Source of the DNA: Trichomonas gallinae
Lineage: Eukaryota
Assembly: GCA_008369845.1 (NCBI GenBank)
Contig: MRSU01008539.1
Span: 1-59,625 of the forward strand
Length of the DNA stretch: 59,625 bases
Direction of reading: 5' to 3'
The position numbers and the translations under genes are program-made. Each line of letters begins with the position of its first letter. The first letter of the stretch is position 1. The notes beneath the pieces were generated by a model that was not told the origin of the DNA, searched no databases, and saw only the letters and a program-made list of their open reading frames with translations. Below, piece after piece: positions 21,237 to 33,308 of the stretch.

Positions 21237-24197
21237 TTATGGGATGAGGTCTTCCTCGATCTGTGGCTTGGAGGCCTTTGTTGGCTTCTGCTCATCATCG
21301 AAGTCCTTCATAGCGTTCTTGTCATCCCACTGCTGCTCGTGTGTCATGCCAGAGTAGTATGCGCGGACCTGCTCCTTTCTCATTCTCTTGAATGTGTTGA
21401 GGTTCTCTAATGTATGATCTGGAAGATGCCAAGAGTTTGTAAGGAAGCCGCAGCAGAATGCACCAACAGACATAGCAATTGTAACGAGCCATTCCTTGGA
21501 TGATGGCTTTGTTGTGTAGAATGCTCTGCCGAACCAGAGAACGATTGGGATCTGAACGAGAGCGAGAGAGATGATGATGAAGTGGAAGTACCAGTTCTTG
21601 TAGAAGCCTTCCCAAACAGAGCCATCGTTGGAAGCTCTTCTAGCTGGGACTAAGTAGAAGACGTTCATGTAAACGAATGTGTTGAAGATCCATGATGATG
21701 TGTTGTAGAATTTTGGAGAGTTATCGACGACGCCGAAGATCTTCTCGTGGCCGAAGAGGATGAGGAAGAGCATGCAGATCTGGTAGAGGGACTGAACGAT
21801 GATGTTTCTAGCGACATAGTTGGAAACGATGGAGTCGTTGGAACCGTATGGGCAACGCTTGAGGAGGAAGTCGGCTGGTGGACGTGTAGCAAGAGCCAAG
21901 GCACCAAGGGAATCATCGATAAGGTTCATCCAAAGGACCTGGATTGGCTTGAGTGGGGAATCACCGATATAGACGGAGCCGACGATAGCGCAAGCGACAG
22001 CGACGAAGTTGACAGGGATCTGGAATGTAAGGAAGCAACGGAGGTTATCGTAAATGCCTCTGCCCCACTTGAGAGCGGAGACGATGGATGAGAAGTTATC
22101 ATCTAAGATAACGATATCGGAAGCAACCTTAGCAAGTTCTGTACCGCACATACCCATAGCGAAACCGACGTTAGCCTTCTTGAGGGCAGCAGAGTCGTTG
22201 GAACCATCACCTGTAACAGCGACGACTTCACCGCACTCCATGAGGAGGGAAACGAGACGATATTTATCGGTTGGAGAGGAACGAGCGAGAACGCGAAGGT
22301 TGTCGATCTTGTCGAGGAGCTGTGTCTTGGAGAGGGAAGCGAATTCAGCACCTTCCATGACGATATCTGTGTCGGATGAGATGATGCCGCACTGCTTGGA
22401 GATAGCACGAGCTGTAGCGATGAAGTCACCAGTAACCATACGGACGACGACACCAGCTTCCTTGCAGAGCTGGATGGCGCGTGGAACTTCTGGACGGAGT
22501 GGATCCTGGATACCGACAAGGCAGATCATTGTAAGGCCAGACTCGACGAAGTTTGGATCGGACCACTGTGGGTTCTCTTCACCAACAATCTCGCGGTAAG
22601 CGATAAGCATTGTTCTGTAAGCCTGGGAAGCGAAATCGTTAACCTTAGCAAGAACATCATTCTTGAATGCCTGATCAGCAACCTTAACGGAGCCATCGTT
22701 GGCGAGGTAGTGAGAAACGAGTGGAAGGGAGAAATCTGGGGCACCCTTGAAGAAGACGTGGCAGCCATTTTCAGATGAAACGACTGTAGACATTCTCTTT
22801 CTAGCGGAGTTGAATTCGTTGAGGTAGAGGATTGGGTTGAGCTCACGGATTTCCATGTAATCCTTACCAAGATCTGAGATCATCTTGAGAAGAGCGCATT
22901 CGGATGAGGAGCCGACGAAAACGACCTCATCTGTGCCTTCCTTGAGTGTGTGGGAAGCTGTGGAGTTGACAGCGATGGACTCGGCGAGTTTCTCCTTAAC
23001 TTCTTCGATAAGGTCTGGGTGTCCATCCTGTTCAACACCGTCCATCCAGAACTTAACGACGGTCATTCTGTTCTGTGTGAGTGTACCAGTCTTATCAGAG
23101 CAAATTGTTGTAGCACCACCCATTGTTTCGCAAGCAGAAAGGTGGCGGACGAAGTTCTGATCGTGCATCATCTTCTTCATTGAGAAGGAGAGGCAGAGAG
23201 TGACAGCGAGTGGGAGACCTTCTGGGACGCAGCAAAGGAAGATTGTGATAACTGTCATGATACGGTTGAGGAGGTCCTGCCAGATTGTGCGCTTGAGTGT
23301 CTTTGTCTTGATGGCCTTAACGAGTGTGATTGTCCACAAGGTCATTGTTGTAAGGAATGTGACAATGGCGGCGCCGACAGCAATATACAAAAGCTGAAGG
23401 GCGAGCTTGTTGAGCTTCCTCTGGAGTGGTGTGACTTCTTCCTGAGCGCCGAGGTTTGTGATTGTTGTCATTGTGACACCGTACTGAGAGTTTGGACCGA
23501 CAGCGGCAACGAGAGCTGTGCCGATACCGTTCTCAATAGCACCACCACCACGGAGGAATGGTTCTTTGTTGTTAACCTTGACACCGATCGGTTCACCTGT
23601 CATAGCTGAGTTGTTGATCGTCAGATTTGTGCCGTTGATGAAGACACAGTCAGCCGCAACAGCATCACCAGCCTTGAACTCGAGGATATCACCGACCATG
23701 ACCTGTGTTGATAAGATCTGTTGTCTCTCACCAGCACGGATAACTGTGACCGGGAATGTGTTCTTCACGTTATTAATTTCCAAGTAAGCCTGCTGCTGCT
23801 GGTAGTTAGTGTGAGCAGTGACTGTAGAAACAAGCATAAGAGCGAAAACGATAGAAAGAGTATCAATGAATTCTGTGAACTCGAGGTGCTCGTAGTGGAC
23901 TACGAAAACGAAGACAAATGAAATGATAAGAGCGGCGAAAATGATCTTAAGTGTAATATCTTTGAATGTTTCGATATAGAAGCGGCACCATGACTTAACA
24001 GGCGGGTCCGGCAACTTATTGATGCCGTATAACTCGATTCTATCATGGTAGTGGCTTTCTGCTTCGCCTTTGGATATACCGTCGACGAGATTTGTCTTGA
24101 ACATTTCAGCGAGGCCTTCTACACCACCGGCCCTATTAAGGATTTCGATGTCCGATCTTTCGAACATCTTGATGATATCAGCTGTATCAAGCTCCAT
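21237..24197 (-). CDS. P-type Ca2+-transporting ATPase (P2B/PMCA-like)
   Basis: CSDKTGTLT phosphorylation motif, VPEGLPLAVT, KGAP, DPLRPEV, MVTGD, ARSSPTDK, TGDGSND, QVLWMNLI. Confidence 0.95.
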   Translation of the reverse strand: MELDTADIIKMFERSDIEILNRAGGVEGLAEMFKTNLVDGISKGEAESHYHDRIELYGINKLPDPPVKSWCRFYIETFKDITLKIIFAALIISFVFVFVVHYEHLEFTEFIDTLSIVFALMLVSTVTAHTNYQQQQAYLEINNVKNTFPVTVIRAGERQQILSTQVMVGDILEFKAGDAVAADCVFINGTNLTINNSAMTGEPIGVKVNNKEPFLRGGGAIENGIGTALVAAVGPNSQYGVTMTTITNLGAQEEVTPLQRKLNKLALQLLYIAVGAAIVTFLTTMTLWTITLVKAIKTKTLKRTIWQDLLNRIMTVITIFLCCVPEGLPLAVTLCLSFSMKKMMHDQNFVRHLSACETMGGATTICSDKTGTLTQNRMTVVKFWMDGVEQDGHPDLIEEVKEKLAESIAVNSTASHTLKEGTDEVVFVGSSSECALLKMISDLGKDYMEIRELNPILYLNEFNSARKRMSTVVSSENGCHVFFKGAPDFSLPLVSHYLANDGSVKVADQAFKNDVLAKVNDFASQAYRTMLIAYREIVGEENPQWSDPNFVESGLTMICLVGIQDPLRPEVPRAIQLCKEAGVVVRMVTGDFIATARAISKQCGIISSDTDIVMEGAEFASLSKTQLLDKIDNLRVLARSSPTDKYRLVSLLMECGEVVAVTGDGSNDSAALKKANVGFAMGMCGTELAKVASDIVILDDNFSSIVSALKWGRGIYDNLRCFLTFQIPVNFVAVACAIVGSVYIGDSPLKPIQVLWMNLIDDSLGALALATRPPADFLLKRCPYGSNDSIVSNYVARNIIVQSLYQICMLFLILFGHEKIFGVVDNSPKFYNTSSWIFNTFVYMNVFYLVPARRASNDGSVWEGFYKNWYFHFIIISLALVQIPIVLWFGRAFYTTKPSSKEWLVTIAMSVGAFCCGFLTNSWHLPDHTLENLNTFKRMRKEQVRAYYSGMTHEQQWDDKNAMKDFDDEQKPTKASKPQIEEDLIP

Positions 24198-26440
24198 TTC
24201 CTAATAATAAAAATAAATTTTGAATAGATCGATAAGTTTACAAAAATTCAAAAGACTCCCATCTCACTTTTTTGTTCATTTATTACCTATATACAGAGAA
24301 TATTCCAAATATGAAGGAAAATTTATATTATGTGGTCGTCGATTCTCTCAAAATCTTTTTACGTAAAAAAAATTGTAGATATTCATCGTTAGATTTAATC
24401 AGCGTCAATTCCACGCGAACCGAATTATATCTACCCATTATAGATAATATTTACATAGATAAAGGAAAAAACTATTTTTATAATTTTTTAATACATTTTT
24501 GCTCTATAATTAGTATAATAAATATATTGTTTGGAAAAAAGAATAAATTTTTTATTGATGGATATGTCAGTAGATGGATAACTGGTGTTAATAGTATATG
24601 TATTATAATTTATGCCGGCTTATCTATTGATGAGAAAAAATTAAGTTCTCAAAAGTATTCAATTTCCATCGTTAAAATAACTGAATTTATGATCTGTTGA
24701 ATTGACTGTATATAAATTACCACCATTTATGCTGATTCTTAAAAATTTTCGACTGAAGAAAAAAATCTAAAATATTGGTCTAAAAATATATCTCAGTCTA
24801 AATATCAAATGATTTTTTAGTTGAAAATTTTAGAAGTTTGAATGAAGTTACGGGCGAGATAGAATATGCTAAAAAGCTTGAATTTCTATATAAAATATCT
24901 ATATTAATATTATATTTTTCAGCCGATAACCAAATAAAAATTGTGACCTTTCTTACATTCAATTTTTTCAATTGATCAAAAAAAAAGCATCAGGCCGTGT
25001 TTGTTGGGCGTTATGGATCATTTTTTCTTCAATATTTTAGATTTATGAAGTTCAATGGATGTAGTAATGTTGTTTATCCGCATTTTACATGTTTTTGAAT
25101 TTTGTTTTGCAATGTACAAAAGAGAGCACCGGCTTTTGAATATAGAATATTCATCTTATTTCCTTGCTAATGTTTAACGTCAATGTATTGGTTGGTGAAC
25201 CTCAAAATATCAAAACGTTATATTGATTTAGTGCGTTAATTACAAGATAGGATATCAGAAAAGAATAGTGTATGTCCTAATGTTACAAATAAGTTATCTC
25301 CTGATTAACATCTCTCAAAGTAAAATATGACTGTTCTATTTGGCACAAAGAACGAGAATTCGACATCCAAACCTGCAAATACTTATTGCAATCTAGCTAT
25401 TGATTACTGTTCCTAGTTTTAACAGCGTATGGAAAATATTATCCGAAAAATAAACTAATCGTAATCAATAGATATTCCTGCAATGAACTATATAAGCAAA
25501 TCCAAATACTCTTCCCATGCACTTATCGAATGTTTTCAAATACAGAATATGGTCGGTTACTAAACAAAGCTTTTCGAAGGGATAGTATATTACCACGTGT
25601 TAATTGTACGTATCTACGGAATAAATTATTAATTATATGCCATTATACTGGTTAATGATATTGGTCGTATACGATATTTTTGCAAAATATGTTTAGTCTG
25701 TCAATATTACCTATATATCGATGGTAAGGAGTCCGAATACAGTATTCTCAGGCTCTGATAAGCTATCGAAGATTTTCAAAATAGAAAATAATGATCTAAA
25801 AAAACTACAAAATTTTATGTGAAAATCGAAAAATTGAATTTTCCTTCGAAATTAGAAATAAATAAAATCGAAAAATGCAATTAAATTATGATTTTCTACG
25901 GCTTAAACATGATCATTTCCGTATTTATATGTAATTTTCGATTTTTGAATTCGAATATGCAATATAATCGTATGACAGTTCATATATAATATTAGTAATT
26001 GATGTATGAATGAATTCCGTTTCGAGTCATCTCCTTCTCTTTGTTTAATTTAATTTTTTTGATTCAAGAATGAATATTCACTTATTTGAAGTAGTTTTTA
26101 TTGTGGCTCAATAATATGTGATCAAATTTATCATATTTTCATTAAGTGGTAATTCAAATTATACCACTTTTCAACAAACTACAAATCAGCTCAAAACAAA
26201 CTTACAAATGTCTCATTTATCATCACATGAACCTTTTTTCATAGATACACAGTTTCAGATGTTAGATTAATTTCAATGATCAAATATCTTCAAGAAATGA
26301 TTGAATATTAGTAATTATTCTTTCGACAAACATCTTAAACAACGACAGATGTATAAAAGAGCGATTTAATTTGATATATATACGTATAAAAAAGATGATC
26401 GATCATTTATAAGTGACAATTTCAAGATTATAAAAGCAAA

Positions 26441-27223
26441 TTAGAGCTTCATTCCACCTCCTACTGTGATTTCCTGCTGCCAGTTGATTTTCTGCTTTGT
26501 ATAAGGGAATTTGCGACGAAGTTGGAATAAAACATCAGCGCCGATTTTTTCGAGAGTGGCCTGATAATAACGGAGCCACTTGTCTTCGAATGCGTTAATT
26601 GCATTAACAACAGATTTAGCATTACCGAATTGAATTGTTTCATTGCAATCACCGTCATGGCTGCACACGGAGTTTCCTCTTTCAAAGAAATGCTGTGTAG
26701 AGGAGATATTTCCTGTCAGCGAGCCATTTTGATTAATAAGGTATTTTGCGATTGTTCTTCCTGTTCTAAAGTTCTTAAGCGAAATTGATGAGCTTCTAAG
26801 AACTACAGAGATAGATCCATCAGCATTAAGATAAACGCCAGCTCCTGCATTTTCTTTGTAAGTGGTCTTTACGTATGCGTCAAGTTCGGCTTGTAATTCA
26901 TCGCGGAAAGGTGTAGATTCTATCGTATCGCCAGTCGGAGAGCATGTACGTGATTCGAAGTCATAAGCGAAAATTTGCTGGTTCGTTGGATCCACGTAAA
27001 TTCCTTCTCCTTGTGATGCCTCCTTGCAGATAAGTGCCTTGTGATCATCAATATCGACAAGTAAGCACTCTTTTTCTACCCAATCTGGTAAAGTTAAGCT
27101 TCGCGCTTGGCTGATCAAGTCATCGTCCTGAACTATGGACCTGAGGGCAGCAGTGCACTGCTCGTACTCGCCAGACGGAGCGTTTGCAAGAATTTCGTTG
27201 ATGATTTCGAGATTTTCGCCCAT
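26441..27223 (-). CDS. CAPZA: F-actin capping protein alpha subunit
   Basis: NAPSGEY near N-terminus, NFRTGR, HFFERGN, LRRKFPYTKQKINW (cf. LRRQLPVTRTKIDW). Confidence 0.9.
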   Translation of the reverse strand: MGENLEIINEILANAPSGEYEQCTAALRSIVQDDDLISQARSLTLPDWVEKECLLVDIDDHKALICKEASQGEGIYVDPTNQQIFAYDFESRTCSPTGDTIESTPFRDELQAELDAYVKTTYKENAGAGVYLNADGSISVVLRSSSISLKNFRTGRTIAKYLINQNGSLTGNISSTQHFFERGNSVCSHDGDCNETIQFGNAKSVVNAINAFEDKWLRYYQATLEKIGADVLFQLRRKFPYTKQKINWQQEITVGGGMKL

Positions 27224-27915
27224 TTGTCAAAACGGCTGAAACTTCCGAATTCAAATTTCATTTTTTGGAACGTTTCTGCGTGTTTATTACGACCCAATGA
27301 ATTATATACACACAGAATTTTGGCTTAGTCTTTTTCTTAACTGCGAAAATCAATTGTTTTTCTTACGAAAATACTACTTTTAGATAAAATTAACAATCTA
27401 TAATTGTTATATTCTTGAACATAGCCAGTTTTCCTTCGATTTCCCTTCATTTCAGAATGGTCGGGAAAATTATCTAATGATTGAAGTCTCGGAATTAAAT
27501 ATAAATTATATCACTTAATAGAATACAATTTCTGTGTAAGAATTCAAATAAGCAGACTTTTTTGACTCAAAATTACAAAGAATCAACAAAAGCTGAACTG
27601 ATATATGCATATTCCTGAAAACCCCTCATATATAAATAAATGAAGACATCCCACTTATAATATATTCATGAAAGTAGATGATGTTTTGATGATAATATAC
27701 AGAAATAAAGAAGAAACTAAGGTTAAACCGATACATGTACATAACAGAAAATCCTCATGGATAAGCACAAATTAAGACTTGCAATTTATAAATATTTTTT
27801 TAAATTTCTTAATATTAATATAGTTTTTGTGTGTATGCTCAAGATAAAAGAAAAAATTGATAAAAGTAATAAATTTAGTAACACATACAAAGAAAAAACT
27901 AATTGTAAATCGCAG

Positions 27916-29373
27916 TTATTTCGTCATCTGCTGCTTATAGTATTCAATGAGCTTTCCGGATTTTTCTAAAGCATCCTCTAATCGTTTTCTCTCCAGTTCC
28001 TCGATCTGCAGCCTCTTCTTAACCTTCATCAACTCTGTCCTCAGCATGAAGTTGTCTGTTCTCAGTCTTACCAATTCCTCGTTTTCTGTTGTTGCTGCTG
28101 TCGCTGAGCCGGAAGCCCTTGGTGTGCTCATCTGTGGAGGCTCTGAGTATCTTTGCTCTGATGACATTCTCTGTGTGAACTGTTGGTTCGTAGAAAATTG
28201 CTGATTCATCGAAAACTGAGGATTTAATGATGTTTGCGGCTGAGAAGGAGGCATTGACATTGGCCTTTGCTGTACTGGTGGAACTTTTGATGAAACTGAA
28301 GCGGGAAGATCATATAAATTAGATGATGACATATAGTTGTCTCCGAGCATTGAATCATCGTAACCATCAACAGCTGAAAGATTTCCATACTTCTTAGATG
28401 TGATTTCTGGGTTATATTGCTTTGGAGAAATCGGAATATCGAAATTATTTGGAGATTTTGGTGGAATTGCTGTTGATTTCTGTGGCTGATACTGTGGGAT
28501 GGATGTTTGTGCTGAATATGGAGACTTTTGTTGTGGTTTAATACTCTGTTTCGGATTAATATTATCTATTTCAGATCTCATGCTCATATCGAATGACGGA
28601 GCGTTCATGTAGTCTGGTATTGACGAATTCATGTCGAAAGAGAAGCTTGATTGAGTTGGAGGCTGATAAGTAAAGCTTGGGTCCTTATGAGCGTTTCTAA
28701 ACTCAGTAGCAGGCGATTGTAAAACTGATGGCTGTGGTTTTGAATTGAATTTCGTTGCTGGTGAAGTTAATTCGTATTTCGGCTTAATAGAAGGCTGATT
28801 TCCAAGAGATTGTGCTAAACTACCTGTTTGGACCTTGGGTGATGATGATGGCGAGCTATTTCCTGATGAAATCGATTGAATTTTAGAGAATAAATTATCA
28901 ATATCAGCTTTGATGTTTTGTAATTCGAAATTCGATGTCATATCTGTTTTAGATGGCTGTGTTTGACGTGATATAGTTTGACTTTGAGACGAAATCGATG
29001 TTGTTGCAATTGGAGATTTTGTATTTATGGTTTTTGTTGGTTGTGGTGGCTGATAATCTCTTATTTGCAGCATTTCTTTCTTTGGTGGGGCAGCTGCGTA
29101 TTTATTTGGCTGTGGTTGTGTAGTTGGGTTTGCAAAAGACGTTGGCCTGGAATTTGTCGAAACTGTCTCACGCTGAGGTGGAACTGACGACTTCTGAGTA
29201 TCACGTGGTGAAAATGTATCCCAATTAGGCCAAATTTGTCTGCATTGATCATCTAACAACGAAAGTGTTGCGCTTGAGTTGTTGAAATCATCAAGATTGC
29301 GTTCTTCTTGATCTAAAATAGAGTTAATAACATCAGCTTCCTGCTGATTAAGCCTATGACCTTGTCCAAACAT
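27916..29373 (-). CDS. Hypothetical S/P/Q-rich disordered protein with C-terminal coiled coil
   Basis: 485 aa ORF; low-complexity body; C-terminal ENEELVRLRTDNFMLRTELMKVKKRL. Confidence 0.75.
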   Translation of the reverse strand: MFGQGHRLNQQEADVINSILDQEERNLDDFNNSSATLSLLDDQCRQIWPNWDTFSPRDTQKSSVPPQRETVSTNSRPTSFANPTTQPQPNKYAAAPPKKEMLQIRDYQPPQPTKTINTKSPIATTSISSQSQTISRQTQPSKTDMTSNFELQNIKADIDNLFSKIQSISSGNSSPSSSPKVQTGSLAQSLGNQPSIKPKYELTSPATKFNSKPQPSVLQSPATEFRNAHKDPSFTYQPPTQSSFSFDMNSSIPDYMNAPSFDMSMRSEIDNINPKQSIKPQQKSPYSAQTSIPQYQPQKSTAIPPKSPNNFDIPISPKQYNPEITSKKYGNLSAVDGYDDSMLGDNYMSSSNLYDLPASVSSKVPPVQQRPMSMPPSQPQTSLNPQFSMNQQFSTNQQFTQRMSSEQRYSEPPQMSTPRASGSATAATTENEELVRLRTDNFMLRTELMKVKKRLQIEELERKRLEDALEKSGKLIEYYKQQMTK

Positions 29374-29433
29374 TATTCTCTAAAAAGTGAACGTTTATTT
29401 TTATAAAACTCTGACAAAATTGTTTTACATTAA

Positions 29434-29897
29434 TTTACATGTCATATTTCATTTTACAACCATTGAATAAATTTACATGACAAAAATTTTACAACCATTG
29501 AATTCAATAAAAATTACATGGCAAATTTCGAAAAAATGCAGACTTATCTATATGTTCAAATGTTTTTTACTCATGGATTAACCTTTAATATAAGAAGGAA
29601 ATGAATAAGATATTAATTAAATTAATATTGATCGAATATTTACTGAGAAAATTCGAAAATGATTAATTTTTGTTGGATTTTAGTTTACATGACAATTCTT
29701 AAAAAGAAAATTACATGGCAAATTTCGAATGGTTCTAAACTTAACATTGCATTATTATGCTTATTTACACATATACTCATCTTTATCATAATAAACAAAA
29801 TATTATTATGTTAATTAAATGAGTAGTAATATTATATTTGAAGAAGAAATTCACGAAAAATCATTTTTGAGTTTGTCAAAATATAATTTACATGACA
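29434..29897. promoter_or_regulatory. Cluster of 6 co-oriented WTTACATGDCA motifs in divergent promoter region
   Basis: Copies at 29434, 29472, 29513, 29684, 29710, 29887. Confidence 0.6.
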
Positions 29898-29942
29898 AAT
29901 ATATGCTTTATTAGGCAAATTTGAAATGAAAATTTTGACATA

Positions 29943-30419
29943 ATGCAGGCTCCTCGTGGCTCCAAATTATCAAAATTTATCAACTCTCGAGTTAAAGTTG
30001 TCATTAGCGATCATAGGTATTTTATAGGCCAAATGCTTGCTTTTGATACTCATTCTAACGTCGTTTTAAAGGATTGCGAAGAATATAGAAAATTAAACAA
30101 AAGAAAAGCTGGTGAGCTTCAAGAAGCTAAAAGAAACATAGGTTTAATGATCCTTCGTGGTGAAACTGTCCTCCATATTGACATCGTTGGACCTCCACCA
30201 CCAAATGGAAACAGAATGGCAGCCTCTACGGCATCTTCAGTGCTTCAACCTGGAACTACTCCAGAAAAGGCCAAATCTACTGGCTCAGGACTTGGAAATC
30301 TCGATGTTCCTGGAAATATGGGATCACTTTCGAAACCAGCAATGGGTGTTGGCTTAGCAAGCTCATCATTAGCTGGTGCAGCTCCTCCAACTTTGCCAGC
30401 ATCAAAATTACCACAATAA
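29943..30419 (+). CDS. SNRPB: Small nuclear ribonucleoprotein SmB
   Basis: Sm1 (RVKVVISDHRYFIGQMLAFDTHSNVVLKDCEEYR) and Sm2 (RNIGLMILRGETVL..IVGPPP). Confidence 0.9.
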   Translation: MQAPRGSKLSKFINSRVKVVISDHRYFIGQMLAFDTHSNVVLKDCEEYRKLNKRKAGELQEAKRNIGLMILRGETVLHIDIVGPPPPNGNRMAASTASSVLQPGTTPEKAKSTGSGLGNLDVPGNMGSLSKPAMGVGLASSSLAGAAPPTLPASKLPQ

Positions 30420-30762
30420 TTCTCGAAACAATTTTAGTTAATCAAGATACGGCTTTGTTATTTTGTATCTATTATATTATGTGATAGTTTTCTTATAAAA
30501 TGTGTTTAGATTTATATTAATACAAATTAATATTATTTTCATTTTTTAAAAATTGAAATATCACTTCCTATGCTTGTCGATGACATTACACACATCCTAA
30601 TTGACGGTTTATATGATTATTAAAGAACAAAATAGGTTTAAATAAAAAATTCGAATTTCGATTTCGATATATAATAATATATGATAAATTCTTATTGAGA
30701 ATTGCTTAAATAGTCAACTAAAAGAAATAATATTTAATAACAAAACAAAATAGATCTATGAG

Positions 30763-33012
30763 TTACTTAGCATTAGGAATATCCCAATATTCCATTGTGT
30801 TATCCGCAAACAGTCCGGCTACTTTGTCAACTGGTCCATCTTCTTTCGATCTTATCGCTTTTATTGCAACAAGTTTTCTTTCTATTTTTGCAATTTGTGT
30901 GTAAGAGCTTTCATTCGGGTTTCCAACGAAAACTCTCATTGTTGTAGCAAGCGCGAATGTTGTATCACTTATTGCCGTCATCATCGTCATGTTTGTCTTA
31001 TCGTGCGGGAACTTCTTCGGTTTGTCATCTTTCGAGACAATCCACAAAAACCTTCCGAAGGCCAAATGCAAGACATTCTCTGACGAACAGGCGCATCTAG
31101 GCATAGACAAGAAGTCGTATGATGTAACTGGCTTGCCTTCGAAATCGAAAACATGCAACTGTCGCTTGCAGACGATGTAAACTGCATTCGAAGTAATGTG
31201 AATTGACAACGGTTCTGTTATTCTCAGCAAAATTTGTGTTTGCACTACTAGAGATTTGTGGTAATGCAGAATAATAAGCTCATTCTTGACAGACAAAGCT
31301 GCTATCCTTCTCTTGCATGCTGATATACCAACGCATTGTATCGGAATCTGAGCCAAAAGTGAACCGTCACCAAAATTATAAATTTCTACTCCAGTCATTG
31401 AAGCAACAGATATAATTCCGTTTTCGAATGCTACACTGTTTCCTGCCGGCAGCTGCGGGACTTCTGTGAATTGAACCTTTGAGTTCACCACCTCAGCTTT
31501 TGTTGTGTCACTCCATTCAATGGCTGCACTTCCGTCTTTCGTCCAGAAAACGTTTTTCAGTGGATGCCTGAATGGTCTGATTTTGAATGTCACTTCATTG
31601 TTTTTGAGCGATATCAACTGGAATGTTCCATCAGCGAGTCCGCACGCTATATTAAAATCTGACATGGACATCGCTACACATATTGGACATGGAATTGTCA
31701 CGACATTCAAGTCGTTCTTATCTATAGGTTTTAATGTAATGTTACCGGAAATGTCAGAAACAGCGAATTTCTTTTCGTTTATCGCAACACTCGCTACAGC
31801 GTTTTCCCAGTTTGTGTCATAAACTAATTCAAATGTTTCATCGTTAGGAGCTGCCCTCATGATTGTGACAGTCAATGATGTGGATGCGATGAAATAATCG
31901 TAACTTCCTGCTCTGTAATAATCCTTTGCCAAAATCTTGGCAGGACTGAGCCATCTTGCTCCGTTTTTGTTTGTGACGTCGTCATCGCTGAAAATAAATG
32001 ATATTGGGAGTGGCTCGGCTTTCTTCTTTAGTGGCCTGAATGTTACATACGGATGGCCAGGAACAGCGAACAAGTTTGAAAAGAAAGAGATTTCATATGA
32101 TGGGTTAAGTGAAATTGTTGCTTTGGATGAATTAGTGAATAGCTTTCCATCATATGTCATGTACACGAAATCGTCTTCTGTTGCTTCCAGTCTTATTATT
32201 GGCTCTATTATTGATCCAATTTGCTTGATTCCGGACTGAGAAACCGAAAAAATTTGCCCTTTGTTATTCGAAACAGTTACATTTGATGTGCTTGAATTGG
32301 ACGATGATAGAACGATTCCTGCCATGCCTCCTATAGATTTGTGGGGGTTGACAGAGAATATGTCTGGTCCTGAAATAAAGTAATTGTTATTTAAGAAGAT
32401 TGATGTTTGCGCAGTTGTTATTGAAAAAGGTCCGTTAAGTATTTCTTTAGTTTCGAAGTTGTATATCCATGAAGATATCAATGCATCATCGTTCATGTAA
32501 TGATATGCAAGGAAAGCGGCTGAATTTGATGCAATTGTTCTCTGGCCTTCGAATTTCTTGCATGGACAGAATCTTTTGATGTTCTGCATGGTTTTAGGCG
32601 GCCATGATAATTCCATTTTTGGTGAAGAAGGCTTAGAAATCGATTTAACAATTCCTTTTTCTGAAATAACGTGTGCATGTCCAAATTTATCATACAGTAA
32701 GCAATAAACTTGGAGTACAGTGTCATTTAGTTCAGCAGATGATGTTACATTTAAGCCGCTTTTATTCAAAGATAATAAGTGTGAAAATTGATCTTCGGTA
32801 ATAACTGCAAACTGTAGTTCGACGTCATTTCTTCGTTTTGGCATCAATACTTTTGTTATTGTCATTTTAAATTGTTGTTTTGCAATTTCTTTCAATGATT
32901 CCATTTCAAAAACACGAACAGAGTCAATATAATGTATTATCACCATTGCTTTTCCATAATGATATCCTAAATACATAGATCCATAACCTCCGTATTCAGG
33001 AAATCTATTCAT
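30763..33012 (-). CDS. Hypothetical beta-propeller-like protein
   Basis: 749 aa from ATG 33012; beta-strand-rich with WD-like segments (IACGLADGTFQLISL, EYWDI). Confidence 0.7.
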   Translation of the reverse strand: MNRFPEYGGYGSMYLGYHYGKAMVIIHYIDSVRVFEMESLKEIAKQQFKMTITKVLMPKRRNDVELQFAVITEDQFSHLLSLNKSGLNVTSSAELNDTVLQVYCLLYDKFGHAHVISEKGIVKSISKPSSPKMELSWPPKTMQNIKRFCPCKKFEGQRTIASNSAAFLAYHYMNDDALISSWIYNFETKEILNGPFSITTAQTSIFLNNNYFISGPDIFSVNPHKSIGGMAGIVLSSSNSSTSNVTVSNNKGQIFSVSQSGIKQIGSIIEPIIRLEATEDDFVYMTYDGKLFTNSSKATISLNPSYEISFFSNLFAVPGHPYVTFRPLKKKAEPLPISFIFSDDDVTNKNGARWLSPAKILAKDYYRAGSYDYFIASTSLTVTIMRAAPNDETFELVYDTNWENAVASVAINEKKFAVSDISGNITLKPIDKNDLNVVTIPCPICVAMSMSDFNIACGLADGTFQLISLKNNEVTFKIRPFRHPLKNVFWTKDGSAAIEWSDTTKAEVVNSKVQFTEVPQLPAGNSVAFENGIISVASMTGVEIYNFGDGSLLAQIPIQCVGISACKRRIAALSVKNELIILHYHKSLVVQTQILLRITEPLSIHITSNAVYIVCKRQLHVFDFEGKPVTSYDFLSMPRCACSSENVLHLAFGRFLWIVSKDDKPKKFPHDKTNMTMMTAISDTTFALATTMRVFVGNPNESSYTQIAKIERKLVAIKAIRSKEDGPVDKVAGLFADNTMEYWDIPNAK

Positions 33013-33033
33013 GATATAAATTTTTAACAATTT

Positions 33034-33308
33034 TGTTATGTAAATATATTTTACACGTCATATACATGTTTATATATAATTTACATGTCAGCTATTAAAA
33101 TTACACGTCAAATTTCAATTTGTAAATTTGTTTATATGTCAAAAATATAATCTTATTTGCTTGATTTGTAAAATCTAGATTAATAAAAAATATTCCAATA
33201 TTTTATGAGGCCACCATTAAAATTTATCACAATATTCCAAATTTGGTTATTATGCTAAATGAGTGTTTTACATTTCAAATATGACAAATTTGTGAAGTTT
33301 ATATGACA
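33034..33308. promoter_or_regulatory. Cluster of TTTAYAYGWCA motifs in divergent promoter region
   Basis: Copies at 33050, 33080, 33100, 33131, 33298 and one opposite copy at 33034. Confidence 0.55.

Noticed and set aside
21207..24227. Many overlapping and antisense ORFs within the P-type ATPase (likewise within acs, CFAP57, the RapGAP-like gene and others)
   Set aside because: Shadow ORFs produced by codon bias in long genes; no independent motifs.
24272..24700. 142-aa ORF
   Set aside because: TTG-started with I/K/N/F/Y-rich composition typical of AT-rich non-coding DNA.
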